A stretch of DNA of 64,000 nt from Enoplolaimus lenunculus (taxonomy: Eukaryota). The translations under genes were made by a program, and so were the position numbers. This document shows, piece by piece, positions 22,796 to 37,600 of the stretch (its first letter is position 1; each line of letters begins with the position of its first letter). The stretch is taken from the NCBI GenBank assembly GCA_030248215.1, contig JASANG010000245.1, positions 248,001 through 312,000 on the forward strand. The letters run 5' to 3'. The notes below the pieces were generated by a model that saw nothing but the letters and a program-made list of their open reading frames with translations, did not search any database and was not told the DNA's origin.

Positions 22796-25700
22796 GACTT
22801 AACGGGCGCCACATTAAAATGCCCTCACGCCCGTGGAAATTTACATCGGCTGTTGACGTTTGCTTCAGCTATACCAATGATGGCGATTAGTGCTACTATT
22901 TTTAAAAAAATTTAAATTTCGAGACGTGCCGAATCCGAGACTCCTATGCCTGATCCTAATGCACCAATATTTGATGCATTTAGGAAAACCTGGAGCGCTT
23001 AAATCTATGGTTCAAACAAATGTAGCATCTGAACCCAACGCTACAAAAACAGCGAATAGAATGGAATAGGTCGTTGTTAAGTGTTACAAATTCATCGGCG
23101 TAAGATGTTAAGCTTCGTTACGTATAGCCTTCACGTAACTTAGGCCGCGGAACGAAGAATTGTTAGCTACGTTCTGATATTTGAGGGTCATTTGCATCTA
23201 AGATTTGTATTAACTATCCGGCTCCGGCTCCGGCCGGATATTAGATTATTATTTTATCGATGCCGATGCCCATTACAATCAGCACACCCTAGTTTTAGCA
23301 TTCCTGACCAGCCCTGAACAGTGAACAATTTGTCCTAGTCACAAATTTTATAAGAGCTTCCTGACAAAACCACGATATCGTTTCACCTTTTGGTTTGTGC
23401 ATTTTGAGCAACGATGTTGCTTCAAGAATTTTAATTTCAAACGACAATGACGATGTTTGTGTAGCCAGAGATGTGAATAGCGTCAAACTGAACGTTCGTT
23501 TGAAAAAATAGTATAAAATAAAAAATTTACGTATTAGAAATTGTGTCTTTAAGGATTACATGGTTGTGTTTATTAACGGCTGTGCTTTGTGCATTTTATG
23601 CATTATATTGTAAAATATTAACTGGTTTATAAACAGTCGCCCAAATTTTTCTCACCTATTCTTTTCACTACAGTACTTTTACCCAATTTTTAATCGTATT
23701 TTGCCAATGGAAAAGCTTTAATGATTGGCAAGCTATATATTTTTAGGGAACGTCAGCCTATGGTTTAGGCTTATTTTTTGGTTAGAGCCAGGGTTTTAGG
23801 TATAAAGTTCATTGTTTACGCTTACAATTTAGCGTTACGCTTGGAAATAAATACTACTGTTTAATACGGTTTTGTTTGTCTGTTCGGCATTGTTTTTTAT
23901 GTACTTGTGTGTACTGTTTTTAAACGTTCTTTTATGTTTTCAGTTTTTAAAAACTGTTAAAAAGTATTAAAGACAAACTGTTTGTTAAAGTGTCTTTTGA
24001 GTGTCTTTTAGAAATTTTGGTAACCAAAATTGCAAACAGATTGGTATAGCCTTCAAAATGTTCATATCTTGGCAAAATCCAGGGCTTGAATTAGGTTTAG
24101 GCTATAGGTGTTGGCTTAGAATTAGGCTTAGAGTTAACAGCTAAGGGACGTTTAGGCTTTAGGCTTACGAAATAGGGACAAAACACGTGTCAAGCTACCC
24201 GTAAAGGTGAACTCCGTGTTTAGCCACAATTTGATGTTTCGATCGTGTTTTTTAACGATTTGCCTTCTTTACACCGGCCCATGGTTTTAAAAGATCAGGG
24301 GAGGAACGTTTTTCTGTGGATGTAAACACAATTGCTAAAATGCTATTTATTATTTTTTAAAAACCGTAAACTTTACGTGTAAAATAGAGGTCAAAAATTC
24401 AGTTTTGAAACGTGTATTTTATACTTTTTAAACGACAAAAAACGATTTGTATGGAAAACCCCGCAGAGGGCTAAGGTTTGTAGAACCGCAGCGGCAGTTC
24501 TGATAAAAATACAACCAGAGGTCTAAGCTTAGATCTTGAAAAGATAGGCTTAAGTATTGGCCTACGCGTCGCTTTAGAGCTTAGCTGATAAGCAGGGTAC
24601 AACCGAAGTTCTGCCTTCGGCTCCTGCAGAAAACCACCTAAAATTTCGACTCACCTTCGGCTCTGGCTCCGATTTCGGCAAGTTTCATTGACCTCTGGTT
24701 CCGGTATTTTTCACCTCCAGTTGCACCCTGGTGCTTAAGGCTTCTCTGGAGGCTCCTGTTCTGTCCCCAATTTTGTGTTCAGTGGTCTACTTTTCGACGC
24801 TATATTTTTTACTTATGTTACGATTTCAAGGTAACGGCTATTGTGTTTTCTTAATTATGGCAGTACTTGAGAACATTTGTAAAATAAACGAAGAAAAAGT
24901 CGTGAAGCGCCAATAAGGCAAGCAGGTCCATGGCAATTATTAAACTTAGTACCCGCCCTGACTTACAATTCAATTTCGGTACACGTTGATCAGGCGCAAC
25001 GAAACCATAGACGTGATCACTGCAAAATCTTTCAAAACTGGATGCACTGCGTGTAAATAGTAAAACGACCGCGATCTGTAATAAACTGCAAACCTTTTTA
25101 GCAAAAGAAACCAAATGAAACTTTCACGCCCAAACCTGACTAAAGACTACCTAAATTTTGTTCAAAACTGCTGTTTTTATAGCAAAAATTTTATTAGTTT
25201 TTCAAGCCTGGTTAATAGGCTCATTAAGCTGTTAAAGTTATAAAGTTTAAATTTTGTTATCAAAACAATAAATTGTTGCCTTGAGGGCTTTTTGGGTAAC
25301 TAAGTTTATATTTTTCCAAATTTTTGTTTTACAGCGTTTAAAACCAAAATATTTACGCTCGATTGAACAAACTTGTAACGTTTTAACTAAGAAGTTAACT
25401 ATAAGTTTTAACATTTTTTGTTTTTGAAATTACAAACATTTGCTTTTTAATGCTTGATTGCCCTTTTTTAAGATTCAAATTAACGTATCGCATGAAACTC
25501 AATGAATCATATGATGGCAAGCAAGGAAGCGGCAATGAAAAGCTGAAAATTACCCCTTTTCATCACATATAATAGTTTAAAATTAAGACTAGATGTAGCC
25601 GAGGTATAGTCTTAAAACAATCATCGATATCCACCATTTCGATTTAGACGAGCGGTTTCAGAAAAAAGCGCTCAATTTTGCATTCCCAGATGCATACGAA

Positions 25701-27049
25701 GGCTTGCAGCGGAGGAGTCAAAAGCCAAAGCCATTTTAGTTAAATTTCACACGAATGTTGAAACTATCACAAGAATAGCAACAGTCAACAGATATAATCT
25801 CAGCTGTAGTATCCGTCAATTGAAATGAAAATTTTCAGAGAGCTTAATGTCAACAGTATATAGATTTTGTAAACTAAGTGTTTGGTCATTGCTTATTGCT
25901 GCTAGACAACCACTACTAAAAAATATTTGTGTACACTTAAATTCATTGCAGGCGGTTTAAAAATGAGCAACAAACATAAATCATTACTGTTTGGAGTATA
26001 TATAGCAGTTGACAAGAATTTTTGGCTGTATGCATACATAAACTTTGGAAATAAAATATTCTGCAGTGCCAGTAGCAACAAGTAACAAAATTATAACTTC
26101 TTGAATCAAAATACAACCTGCAGTGATTGCGCAGCGCTTTTTCTGTTCCGTTTTATTTTATAAAATCGTTTACTTAACGGGGAAAGATTTGGCGGAAATG
26201 AAGGCGCGGTCGAGGTACAACCAGCGGTATGCCTCCGGCTCCGGCAGAAAATGGACATCCGGCTCCAGATCCGACTTCGGTAGTATTCATTCTGCCAGAG
26301 GACTTGGCAAATTTCAACAGGACAATTTGTGTATGTTACCTCAAATATGCAGACATTTGAAAATATATATGATATTCGCAGACAATACCTCAAATATGAC
26401 ATATGTTGTTGAAGAATAAAAAGTGACCTACGCATGTTAATAGCAGACAAATACGAATTTTTGAATCTGTATAGGGTCTATATACACACAAAATCTTTGA
26501 TAACGTGAACGCCGCATAAGTCCGGATTGGAAGTAAAGTCGACGATTCTATATAAGTTTTTTGCTTAAGTCAGCTGGCTCTGCTATATGATGTTCGAATA
26601 TTACTAAAGGCTAAGGTCTACTTAAGTTACGTCTCTACTATACAGCTGTGCTACGTCGAACTTTAAGTAACGTTAAGCCGTTTCTTAACTTTTCTGTAAT
26701 AAATCTCAGAATTCAACGTTGAAGTAAAGATCTACCCTAACCTTTTAAGCTATCAGTCTTAAGTGTGAAACTTGCCAATTTCAGTTGCAAAGCTACGAAT
26801 AATGTCTTTAAAGTTGACTTAAAGTCGATGGTGGACTTGCTCCTGATTCTGTATTAAACAAGCCAACATGTGATTCGTATAATATTACTGAATTTATCCG
26901 GAAAGTGAACGAGCTGCGAATTGGCAGAAAAGTGATAAAATATAAATGATATTTATAACGAACGAAACATTTTTGACCAGAATAATAAAGCATCAGCATA
27001 AATTAGTGTTGTTAAAAGCGGATGTACGGAGGCTTAATAAACCCTCGTG

Positions 27050-27655
27050 TTGATGCTGCCTTCAAATGTAGCAGCACTAATGGGAACAGAAAGATACACG
27101 AGTGCAATGTTGAGGTTCTTGTAAGGCATAATAGCTGAAAACTCAGCAGCTGATTGTGAGGCAGCATGGCTTAGTGGTAGCAGGCTGGACCGAGAATTTG
27201 TCGGCCTTGGGTCATGGGATCGAAACCTCGTGCGAACGCCCCTCATTTTCAAATGCAAGCACTTAGAACAAATAACTGTCTTCCCATAGCCTACCTATCT
27301 TTCACAGAAATGGCTATATGTGTAAATCTCAAAACTCACAAAACAGTAACAACTGAAACACATGGCTAGGGATACTCACGCATTGGCTTAACTGACAGCT
27401 GTGATAAGTTGGGTAGGCTAGGGAACGACAGTTTTTAGTTCTATGCTTTCAGCTGCTGAAAATGAGGGACGCTTCCAGGAGGTTTCGAACTCTGATCGAC
27501 AGATTATCAGTCCTGCGCGCTTTCAACTGAGCCACGCCGTCTCACAATCAACTGCTCAGTTTTTCTGTTTTTATGCCTTATAAGAACCTCAACATTATAC
27601 ACATGTATCTTGGTTCTTCCATGTTTTACTGGTGCTGCATATGAAGGCACTACAT
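27050..27655. repeat. Large imperfect inverted repeat (~260-bp arms), each arm containing a tRNA-like unit
   Basis: aatgttgaggttcttgtaaggcataa..gcagctgattgtgag (left) pairs with ctcacaatcaactgc..ttatgccttataagaacctcaacatt (right); inner ccctcattttca pairs with tgaaaatgaggg. Confidence 0.85.
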
Positions 27656-28005
27656 ATGCAACAGTGTTTTTACAGATGTACAGCATCAGCATGAGGTTAT
27701 TATTTGTCTCCATACATCCGCATGTCACAACAGCTTATGTCTGTTTTGTGAGTAACGTAGCTCATGCACTAAGCTGAACGCTGGGCTGGGTATCATATAG
27801 TTGAAACAATATATATGATTTCAAGCGTTGATTTGTGTGAAACAATTAGTAAACCATGACATGCCTATTAATTCGCAAAAGAATGATATATTACGCAAAA
27901 TCTCGAGTATAGGTATTCTACGGTTGTGCGGTCTTATAGGCATTGTATGTACATGTTATGTTGTTGCGAAGGAATTGAAACAATTGACCGCGGCTGGATT
28001 CGCAT

Positions 28006-28400
28006 CAGGGTTCTTTGGCTAACCGGGCCAGCGCTTCTACCAACCAGCGACCCGGTTCCGGTAAATTTTTACCGGATTTAAAAATTCCGGTGTTATAATT
28101 TGGCCGTTTTTTTAACTTTGCTAATCTTTAAGAATCTCTTTAGAAAGCCACTTGTATTCCGAATATAAGCCATTGATGGTGGATTTCACTTCAGTCGACG
28201 ACGAAAATCTAAAATACAACAAATAAAATAATTATCTATGTTCGACTAAGGTTATTTCACAAATAATAGAGTAAAAAATAAGATTAAAATGAAATTTTTG
28301 GTGAAATGCATTTTTCACTTTCCGGTTCCGGTTCCGGTTCCGGTAAAATTTTCAAATTCCGGTTCCGGTTCCGGTAAATTGTAATTCCGGTTGCACCCTG
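28006..28400. mobile_element. hAT-like MITE upstream of CNK
   Basis: Ends ccggttgcaccctg with (ttccgg)n subterminal repeats; internally homologous to 55356-55789. Confidence 0.7.
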
Positions 28401-28649
28401 CAACTGACATCACTGCACTGCTTCAACCACTTCTGCTGGTGATTATTTGCGTTGTTTAATAGTGTTAGTGTTGAATTTTTTATGTGTGTGGCATGTATTC
28501 GGGTATTCCATTGTGCAATACCCGACAAGTATTTTCAGAAGATAAATGGGTAGTGCAAAAATTAACACGAACTAACCGGGTGCTTATATATGGATAGATG
28601 TTGAACATATTTGTTGCACGGTATCGTTCGTCACAATTATGCCGGGATA

Positions 28650-31600
28650 ATGCTACATAGCGAAGACACACTGCAAGACCTTGTTGAGGCCTGGACTGTG
28701 AAGCAGGTTGCAGCATGGCTGCGAGGTATACATGTAATTGTTTCTGTTATTTTCTTACACTTAAAGCACGAATTTTCAATGTCGTTGTGTTCGCCGTTGT
28801 AGAAGTACTTCCGAAATTCTTTCCTATTTATCTGCGTAGTCAGGCTGATTTATACATCTTAGAGGACATTTGTGCCAGCCATGACAGCTTTACGGGTTTT
28901 AAAGTTTATTGAGCGAAGCTCGGAGTTTTGCGAAGCGTTTTATGATTTGTACTGTGGGGCCGAAAGGTGAATGTCCGTCTGTCCGTCCGAAAAGAATCTC
29001 AGGAACGGCTGAACCGATTTTGACAAACTTTTATTGTTGGAAAGCCAATTATCCTGGAGTGTTAACCTCGCATTGGGGTTTTGAAGTTTTAAGCCGTTTA
29101 TTAGCTACAGGCTAATTTGCATAATTAATTAAGCCTAAATTAGGACTTTCTACATTACGTATTTCACTAGTTATTACAGTTTGAAGCAATCTAATTTTAG
29201 TATTAAACGGTTTTTGGGTGCGAGGAATCTGCATAGACGGTTTACAAACCTCCAAAACCGATAATTGAGTAGTTAGCTAATAGAAATTTGCATATGAGCA
29301 TACTTTATAAGCCTAAATTAGGACGTTTTACAATATTTCACTAATTATTAAGGTTAAAAGCAACATAATTACAGCAGTAAAAGGTTTTAGGTGCAACGAA
29401 TTTAAATAAATTGTTTACAAACGTCCAAAACCGTTAACTGAATAGCTAGCTAATAGTTAATTTGCATATTAGCTTAATTGACTAGATAAAAGTAGGACTT
29501 TTTAAATTAATTCAATAATTTTAGGGTTTTACTTAATGTTTTTGGGCGGGAGGAATCTGAATAAATTGTTTACAAACGTCTAAAACCGATAATTGAGTAG
29601 TTAGCTAATAGATAATTTGCGTGTAAGCATAATTGATAATAGTAAATTAGGCGTTTGGGTGCGAGGAATCTGAATAAATTGTCTACAAATCTTCAAAATC
29701 GATTATCCAATAGTTAGCTAATAGCTAATTTGCTTATTTGCTTAATTGATAAGTCTAAATGGCTTTTTAAATTCTTTCTCAAATTATTAGGGTTACTGAA
29801 GGGTTTTTGAGTGCGAGGAATCTGAATAAATTGTTTACAAACCTCCAAAACCAATAAATGAATACTTAGCTAATAACTAATTTGCATATTAGCTTAACTG
29901 CTTGCGTTTGCTCGAGCTTTGCTCAATACATGTAGGTAGTCCCACTAATGACTGGTTTTATTGGCATGAAGCTCGAGTTATGAATGCGAATATTCTAGGG
30001 TTGGACGATCTTGTTCTGCCATATGTGCAATTGTTCGTGAATGCAGAGGTTTCTGGTGACCGTTTGTTGATTTTAACATCTGATGATTTACATACTATGG
30101 GGGTCACACGATTAGGACATATCGAAACTGTTTTGGAAGCGATCGATTTGTTATCGATATCCGTAAGTGAGATTCCCGATATGAAGTATACAGTTGTTAC
30201 AATATGTCTGTGTACTTTGGCTTTGCTGTAGTGTTTCCATTACAAACTATCTGCATTTTGTTTGTTTTGCAGAATGCAAATTGCAAAACATTTTTATTTC
30301 TAGTATATAGTTCCTTTTTTGGTTAGTATATAAAAGTTGTGTTTGTTTAGATAGGAGGACATATATACTTTTTTCCGTATACTTTTCTATGCTGTTCTAG
30401 TGCAGTCGAATCGGATTTGAAAATTTACAGTTTCTGGCGTTCGAGTTATCATTATCTTCGCGCAGTTTGAATAGTCTCTTGCGTTCAACATATTTGCAAC
30501 ATAGCTCACATATTAAGTTGTCTCATTCAATATTATCTGCTGTATCGCGTCTGGTTGGCGATGCAATGAAAATGGTTGGATGGTTAGACAGGTACATTTA
30601 AAATTTTGAAGAGGATTGGGGCCTGGCAAGAGAAATTATTTCAGTTTTTAGTTCTTTTCGTTTAAAAGCACGCATAGAAATAAGGAACCGATTTTGCCCG
30701 AATCTGACGTAACGCTTACATTGGAGATTGTAAACATGCTGATTTATATACGTATGAATTTTCAGACCTCCGTTTGACCAGTTTGAAGAATATGTTTCAT
30801 TACGTGAATCGGTTTTGCAGCAGACTATACTGATTGTAAACATATCACGGGAAGGAAAGAAAGATTGTCTGAGAGATCTTCAGATGCTAGTAAGCTGGGG
30901 GTTCGCTGCTGGGGGGGTCGGGGGCCCTTTACCAAAAGCCTCCCCACTGAACATTTTCTCGGTTCAGCCCCTCACCTTCAAGATTGCTCTCCCTGGTTAA
31001 TTTTACGTTCCTTATTTTTTTGGAATGGTTGTTTTTGACTAAGTATGTGCTTATTTGTAAGTGTAACTAAATACTGGCTATTGTAACTGACGCTTTATTC
31101 AAAATTCTGCGACCCCCCACTCAGAAATTTCCCCCTGTTGATGTCCACCCCCCAACTCCGCTACGATCCAGCGAATGCGCAGGCTAAGGATGCATGAGAT
31201 TGTCGTTTTCTGTATGTATTCATAAATATATACTTATATATTGCACTTATAGCAGTATAACAATAACGAACCGCTACCATGAAAAATTAGGCGTGCTTTT
31301 TGCACTATAGATATAAAATAAACATGGTTGAAGGATGTGTATACGTACGTGGTTTTTGTGTTTTTGTAACTCAGGTACAAATTTTTAATCTTTTGATTTT
31401 TGCGTCTAAATATCAGTTGTGTATAAAACATTTTGTGATCGACTGCTCCTGGCCAGATAATTTCTTTACTTCTGGACAAATGTCTTTGCTTTGAGTCTTG
31501 CATGCTTGTACAGAACACGTTTTAACAAGTTTACTAAAGATTGTTTTTATAGTAGATGAAAAACAAACATAGATTTAGCGCTTCCTCATCGGTTGGGTTG

Positions 31601-34600
31601 GTGGAAAGAAGGATGAAAAACAGCGGTTTTGCTTCCTTACCTCATTCTCGTTTGTTTTTTGACCATTCCCACTTTCCCGGGTAATATCCGCGGATTTTGT
31701 TAGGGGCCTCTTCTGTACATGGCCGGTACGCGTAAAAAATGTTATACTGCGCATTATTTACACACAGTTTGCGCTAATGGACGTTTCTGACCCTCGAGAA
31801 CTTTCAAAAACCTCAACGAAACAATTCATGGCTTCAACGCGGTCCTGGCGCTTACAACAATTGTATAGCTCAGTATTTATTAAAAGAAATCAACACACCA
31901 TGCAGTGCAAAGCGCCACAACTTTTGGTCAATGTTACTTGAGGAGCTAACATTAGTATAAGCATATTCGGAAGTGTATGTAACACATTAGTGTAAACCTT
32001 AAGCATATTGTATTATAGTCCCGCGACAAAATGTTTCGCCCAACGAAGTATGGGTCATATTTATCAGGGTACAATCGGAGGTCTGCATCGGATTGCGACT
32101 CTGTCTAAATATTGACCTCCGGCCCCGATATAATTTTTACGGATATTCCGGCAATTTTGTTGGAGAAATTTTCCGTTGTTTTACAAAAATTGAATTGTTC
32201 AGTGAGTATGGTTATAATATAGTATTTTTAAGCCATGGTTTTAGACAGCAAACCTGCTCTTTGTATGCGATCGCGTTGTGAAGTATAATTTCGACCCAAT
32301 GATTCTGGAAACTGCATTTCTGGAACGTGTAGAAGTCAAAAGTCCAACCGATTGCCGCGAAGGACTGGTACGTACCTATGAGAATATTAAGGTGTAAAAT
32401 ATTGTTCACATAATATAAGTTTTGCATACGTTCACCATGTTGGATTATGATGCTGACTTATCCAAATTCCGGGAATATTTAATAATATTATGTTATTCGA
32501 CAATTGATAATGACTGTAGTTTTGTGTCTTCCAGACCGTACGCAAAACGGTGCGGCACGCGTTATTTCTCGCTTCATTGACATTTGATAAAATTTTCGAA
32601 AACGTGTCATATGACTTTATTTGTTGTAAAGTCGAAGGGATTCACCATGCTTAGGCTTGATCAGTAATAGTGACGTGCCGATTAATCGACATTGGTATTG
32701 GCAATATTCGGCACTATTCGTTAGCAGCGGCATCGGCACTGCAAGAAATTTGCCGATTTTTTTGTCGATACTGACGGTACTTTTGTGGTTTGTTGATTCA
32801 TTCTTACCAACAACAGGAGTACGTTAAATTTAATTGCGACGCGTTAAGTGTAGCTGTTTTGTGATACATATAGTATAGGTCATCAAATTAAACCCACGTG
32901 CTTATATTTTATCTATTATTATTACTAATGTGATTTCAGGGCTTCAATATTCAGTCTTTGTACAACGGTGTTCATATGATTAGCGAAGTGAAGTTCGGGG
33001 TAAATGTTGTTTTATTTATGTTAACCATTTCTCATAAAGTGTACTACTATCAGCAATTAGGTTCAAACGGTGTTCGTAAAAAGGTGCGCAGTCACTTGGA
33101 ATCTACACACGAGGTGGGATTTAATCTTTGAGCGGTACAGGTACATGCCTCCTAGCCCAGAGTCCAAGGATTAAGTTATTGTTTGAAGTGAGATTTAGCT
33201 GAAATATAAAATATTCATGCGGGAAAGTGTTAAACGTTGATATAAACTTTACTGTTATTTTATGTAACTCGTATGATGGTATACATAGCAGGCAAACTAC
33301 ATATTCCTTGTTGTTAAGTCCACTCTTTCATCGTCTCTAATTGTACCTGCAAATACTGTCCAGTATTATCTAAGTACATATTTGTCATGGTCCTGCTAGA
33401 AATTGCTTTTTACCGCGTGTGATTGAAAATTTCGTGAGGTACTAACTTGCTAGGATTGTTTTCCGTCTCCAAGGCTCCACCAGAATTCCTCTTCCACCGG
33501 AATTCCTGCTAAAATTTAATTCCGCTTTCTGCATTCAAAGATGCGCGAACAGGAATTGTTACGGTTTTGTGGCAAATTATTCGAAATCATTTATATATTG
33601 CAACCTGGCTTTGAAAAATTGTTATTGCGAAATGAGTGTTTTTGCAATTAGATCAGTTTTATTAATATGCTGTTGGATTAAAATTTTGACGTGTTTTCGT
33701 CAAATGTCATGATGAAATTGCTTAAAATTCGCATAAGTCGCTTTTTGGCTAGTTTTTAAATAGTAGAATAGCAATTTTTTGATGAAAATTGCTTTAAATT
33801 CTTACTTTAAAATAACGATTATTATTCCTGTTCCGGTAAAAGTTAGTTCCTGTTATAACTCTGTCACTTATCATATACGTAGATACGAGTATACTGGTTT
33901 GTTTTAAGTCACCAGCCGATACGTGCGGAAAAGTTAATCCGGGTGACGAAATTGTGTCTGTTAACGGTCAAGTAGTGGTAAGCGTTGCTGAACGTAGTTT
34001 TCGTGTTTTTATGGTTCTATGAATAAAACTTTTTTATCGTTGAATACGCTGTTTTGTTACACTGTGTTTAGAACATATAGGTTGCATAAACAAAACAGAA
34101 ACTAGTCGTATAGCTGCGCGCTTAGCAACTAAATTTTTTTAGTACATCTATTTACAGATAAAGATTATACTCACTATCTTGAAATACTTCAGGAATCTCC
34201 TTATCCAAATCAACTTCGACAACTTCATTTTTAGCCTTTTTTGCTTTATTGAGTAAAGCCTGTTTGTGAGATTACGGCAGTAGCAACGTTTCGAGTTATT
34301 TACAGTCAAAATACGCGTAGGTTTTGTCTTTAACGTAGAACTCAATTATCTTATTATTAAAGTACCTATTTGTATTGAATAATCAATTTTTTTATGGTGT
34401 GTTTTGTGTTTTTAGATTGGCTGGCAGTTATCTAAATTGGTAGTGTTACTGCGTGAAGCGCGTAATCTCGGTGATTTAGTGATAAATTTGAAAAGACGAC
34501 CGCGTGACTATAGCTGTTACGGTGGACAGAAAAGCACACCTCAAACGCCAGATTTACGAATTAAAAAAATTTCGCAAACACTGCAGACATCGACATACAT

Positions 34601-37600
34601 TACTGATTTGGTTGATATGAGTTACGATGCAGATGTTTCAAAACTAAGGGACCAAGTCAATGATCAGCAGGCAAGGTCGAACTTGGAAAATGACGATAGC
34701 AAGGATAAATTGCGCAAGATTTCAGCTTTCGACGAAAACAAAGCTGGCAAAAGTAGTAATTCCGAGATACAACAGATGGCAACAAATGCAGGTTTGGCGA
34801 ACGCAACGGCAGTTGGGACAACAGCAGATACGACAACTTCCGATTTGCATCAGGGAAAAAATAAACTGCGTCGACGTTCAAGTAGTATGAGTTTTCCGCG
34901 AACGCCACTATCCGGCAGCAAGCATTCGTCTGAGTATGTTTTCTGTGGCTGGGCCACCACCACCAGGGTGCAAACGGCGTTCTGTTTCCGGTTAGAATTC
35001 TGATTCAAAACGGGTTACGATTCCGCTATAAAGTTCCTATTTCAGTTACAATTCCGATTCCGATTTAGTTCAGTTACATTTTGGCACATTGATTATCTTC
35101 GAATGTCGTACCGCGTTACAGTTTTTTCTTTAGTTTTGTTCTGGAAAAGAACTGAATAGGTTTTAATTTTGTCCGATGTTTGTTTTAATATATTATACAC
35201 AAAAACACGTTGTTTGTATCGTTTTGATTTTCTTTAAACTCGCTTCCTTTCAATCTTGAGGAAACCCTGCGGTTGTGAGAATTGCATTCTCGTATTTAGA
35301 TGGAAAGATATATTTTGATATGTTTATATAGAATTTATTTTAGCATATAGACCAGATTTGTTACATTGAAAATGACACTGTTTGCCACTACCTATTTGAA
35401 CGTTTTGGCCCAGACATAAAGTTTTATGAGTTTTATTCCAGAAGTGGTTCAATAACACCCAGTTCTCGTCGAAATATACAGTGTGATCAACAACTACCTG
35501 AGCCGTTAGATAAGCAACTGCAAGTGCTTCAATTGACTTCAGACAAATCAATTTCATCAACAGATGATGATGACCAAGGCGAGTTTAGACGTCGTCGTGC
35601 TACAATATCTGGAGGTGATAATACGTTACAGATTACGGTTTTGTTGTCTGTGCTGCAAATCTATTGCTGATAGGTCTTGTAACTTTCGTTCTAGGAAATA
35701 TTGAGGTTCGAAATTTTGTTCATTTGTTGAGCCTGGTATTCTATGGTTCTATTTAAGTTTTTGAATTATTACTTACTAATGATATGTTTTACCCACAGTT
35801 GAAAATCGGTTTCTGGTTGTTATCCATTTCGGTATATTTACCGCTATTATTACGGGCGGTTAGCCATCAAACCAGATAAGTATTTGAACCTTAAAACCGA
35901 TCGGTTTGGCTGCTGTAATATGTACAGTATTATTATAGTCGTCATATCTAAAAATATACGGGCAGCACGAAACGTTTAGGCAGTTTTGACTTCAGAATGC
36001 CTAAGATAGTATTGACCTTGATTACGAAACTATTTTAGTAATAGGAATTTATGCGTTGAATAGCAAATAATGCCCAGAAAAGTAAACACAGTAGTTTAAG
36101 TCAACGTACCAACAAACACTAGTTATTACTGCATTAGTGTTCGTCTGATAGTGTAATCCTGACAGACCGCATGTATTCATATCTATTGTTTACAAGCTTA
36201 TGTTTCTGCCGCATTCTTGTTGCATTTACAGGATCCCCGACGTTGAGGCGGCTGTCTGTTCATCTCACTATGGCGTCTGACGCCTGGCATCGACCACAAA
36301 GCCACTGGCTTGAAGAGCGTGCAGGTCGGAGTTTATATTGTGAAACGCGTGTAGCACCTATTACCAGTTGGCGAAAGATATTACAAATTTCGGACCGAAA
36401 TAAGGATACAGTCCGAAATTTCGATCATATCTTGCGCTTGAATTTGTTTTAAAACATATTGCTAACTAGCGATAGGTGCTACACACAGTTGAGACTACGG
36501 CTACACTGGTTACAGTTGCTTTGCTTAAATGTTTGCTATTACGTATGGTTTTGATTTGTTTTCTGCAGACTTGTTCCTGTTGTTTATTATGCTCATCCCA
36601 ACGCACACACAAATGTTTATGTTGGGAGCAATTTGAAGTTCAATAATTTTCAAACTCAGCAGTGACTATCTAACAGGTGCTTTTCTTATGATTGCGGTCG
36701 CAGTCCAGTGTCATTACAATGTGAAAGACGGGTGGTTATAGGTGAAATTTAGCTAATATATTTTGCTTCAGTGTCGCTTTGTTTCTGTTAAATTTAAATG
36801 TGCAGTAATGCTTACACGTATATCAAGACGTAAATGTCGATCTTCGAGAATGCCTGAAAAGTTAAATTTACGAATGTGTACAAAGTAATTCTTGAGTCCA
36901 CGGCAGCACAAAATAGGTTTATGCTTTTGTCGGTGTATATATTTAACTACTAAAACTAATCGCAAAGATCTTAATTTTTAATTACAGCACTAAGCGTCGC
37001 GTATGTCCGTCAGCTATTTGTTTTCATTTTTTGTGCCATACAATTTTACCAGTCTTCTCAATTTTAATTTCAGATCGTTCAGTTGCGCTGCCTGAAACCC
37101 GTCCGTGGCATCGGAACACAACTGGTCCGGTGGTTCGTCGAAAAAATTTAAACCGACAATTGACGAAACATCGCGTTTCATATATTGATTCGAATATTGT
37201 TTTGCCAGCGCCCCCGCTTGCGTCAATCGATACTGATGATGATGATGAGGATGAGGGAGATTATGATGATGACTTTGATTATGACAGCGCAGTGAAAGCG
37301 GCGGAAAAGTTACAAAGCGATCGATTTAAACGCCATAACTGGCCCCATGACGGTGCCGGGTTCGCTGGAAGTAGCTTATCACCTGGGTAATTTGCAGCTG
37401 TTATTTTAATTAATAGTATTCAGGTACGGAAATTGGTTTTGCTCAAATGCGCTAGACACCAAGCTGTTTCCGTAGTCCGTATCGAGAGCGCTGACTCGAA
37501 ATGTTATTCCGGTGTTTAGGAAATTTGTTCAGTTATGAGTGTGTTATCGTTAAATTTGTAATGAATATCAGTCATGTTTGTATCGAAAACCATTTGAAAA

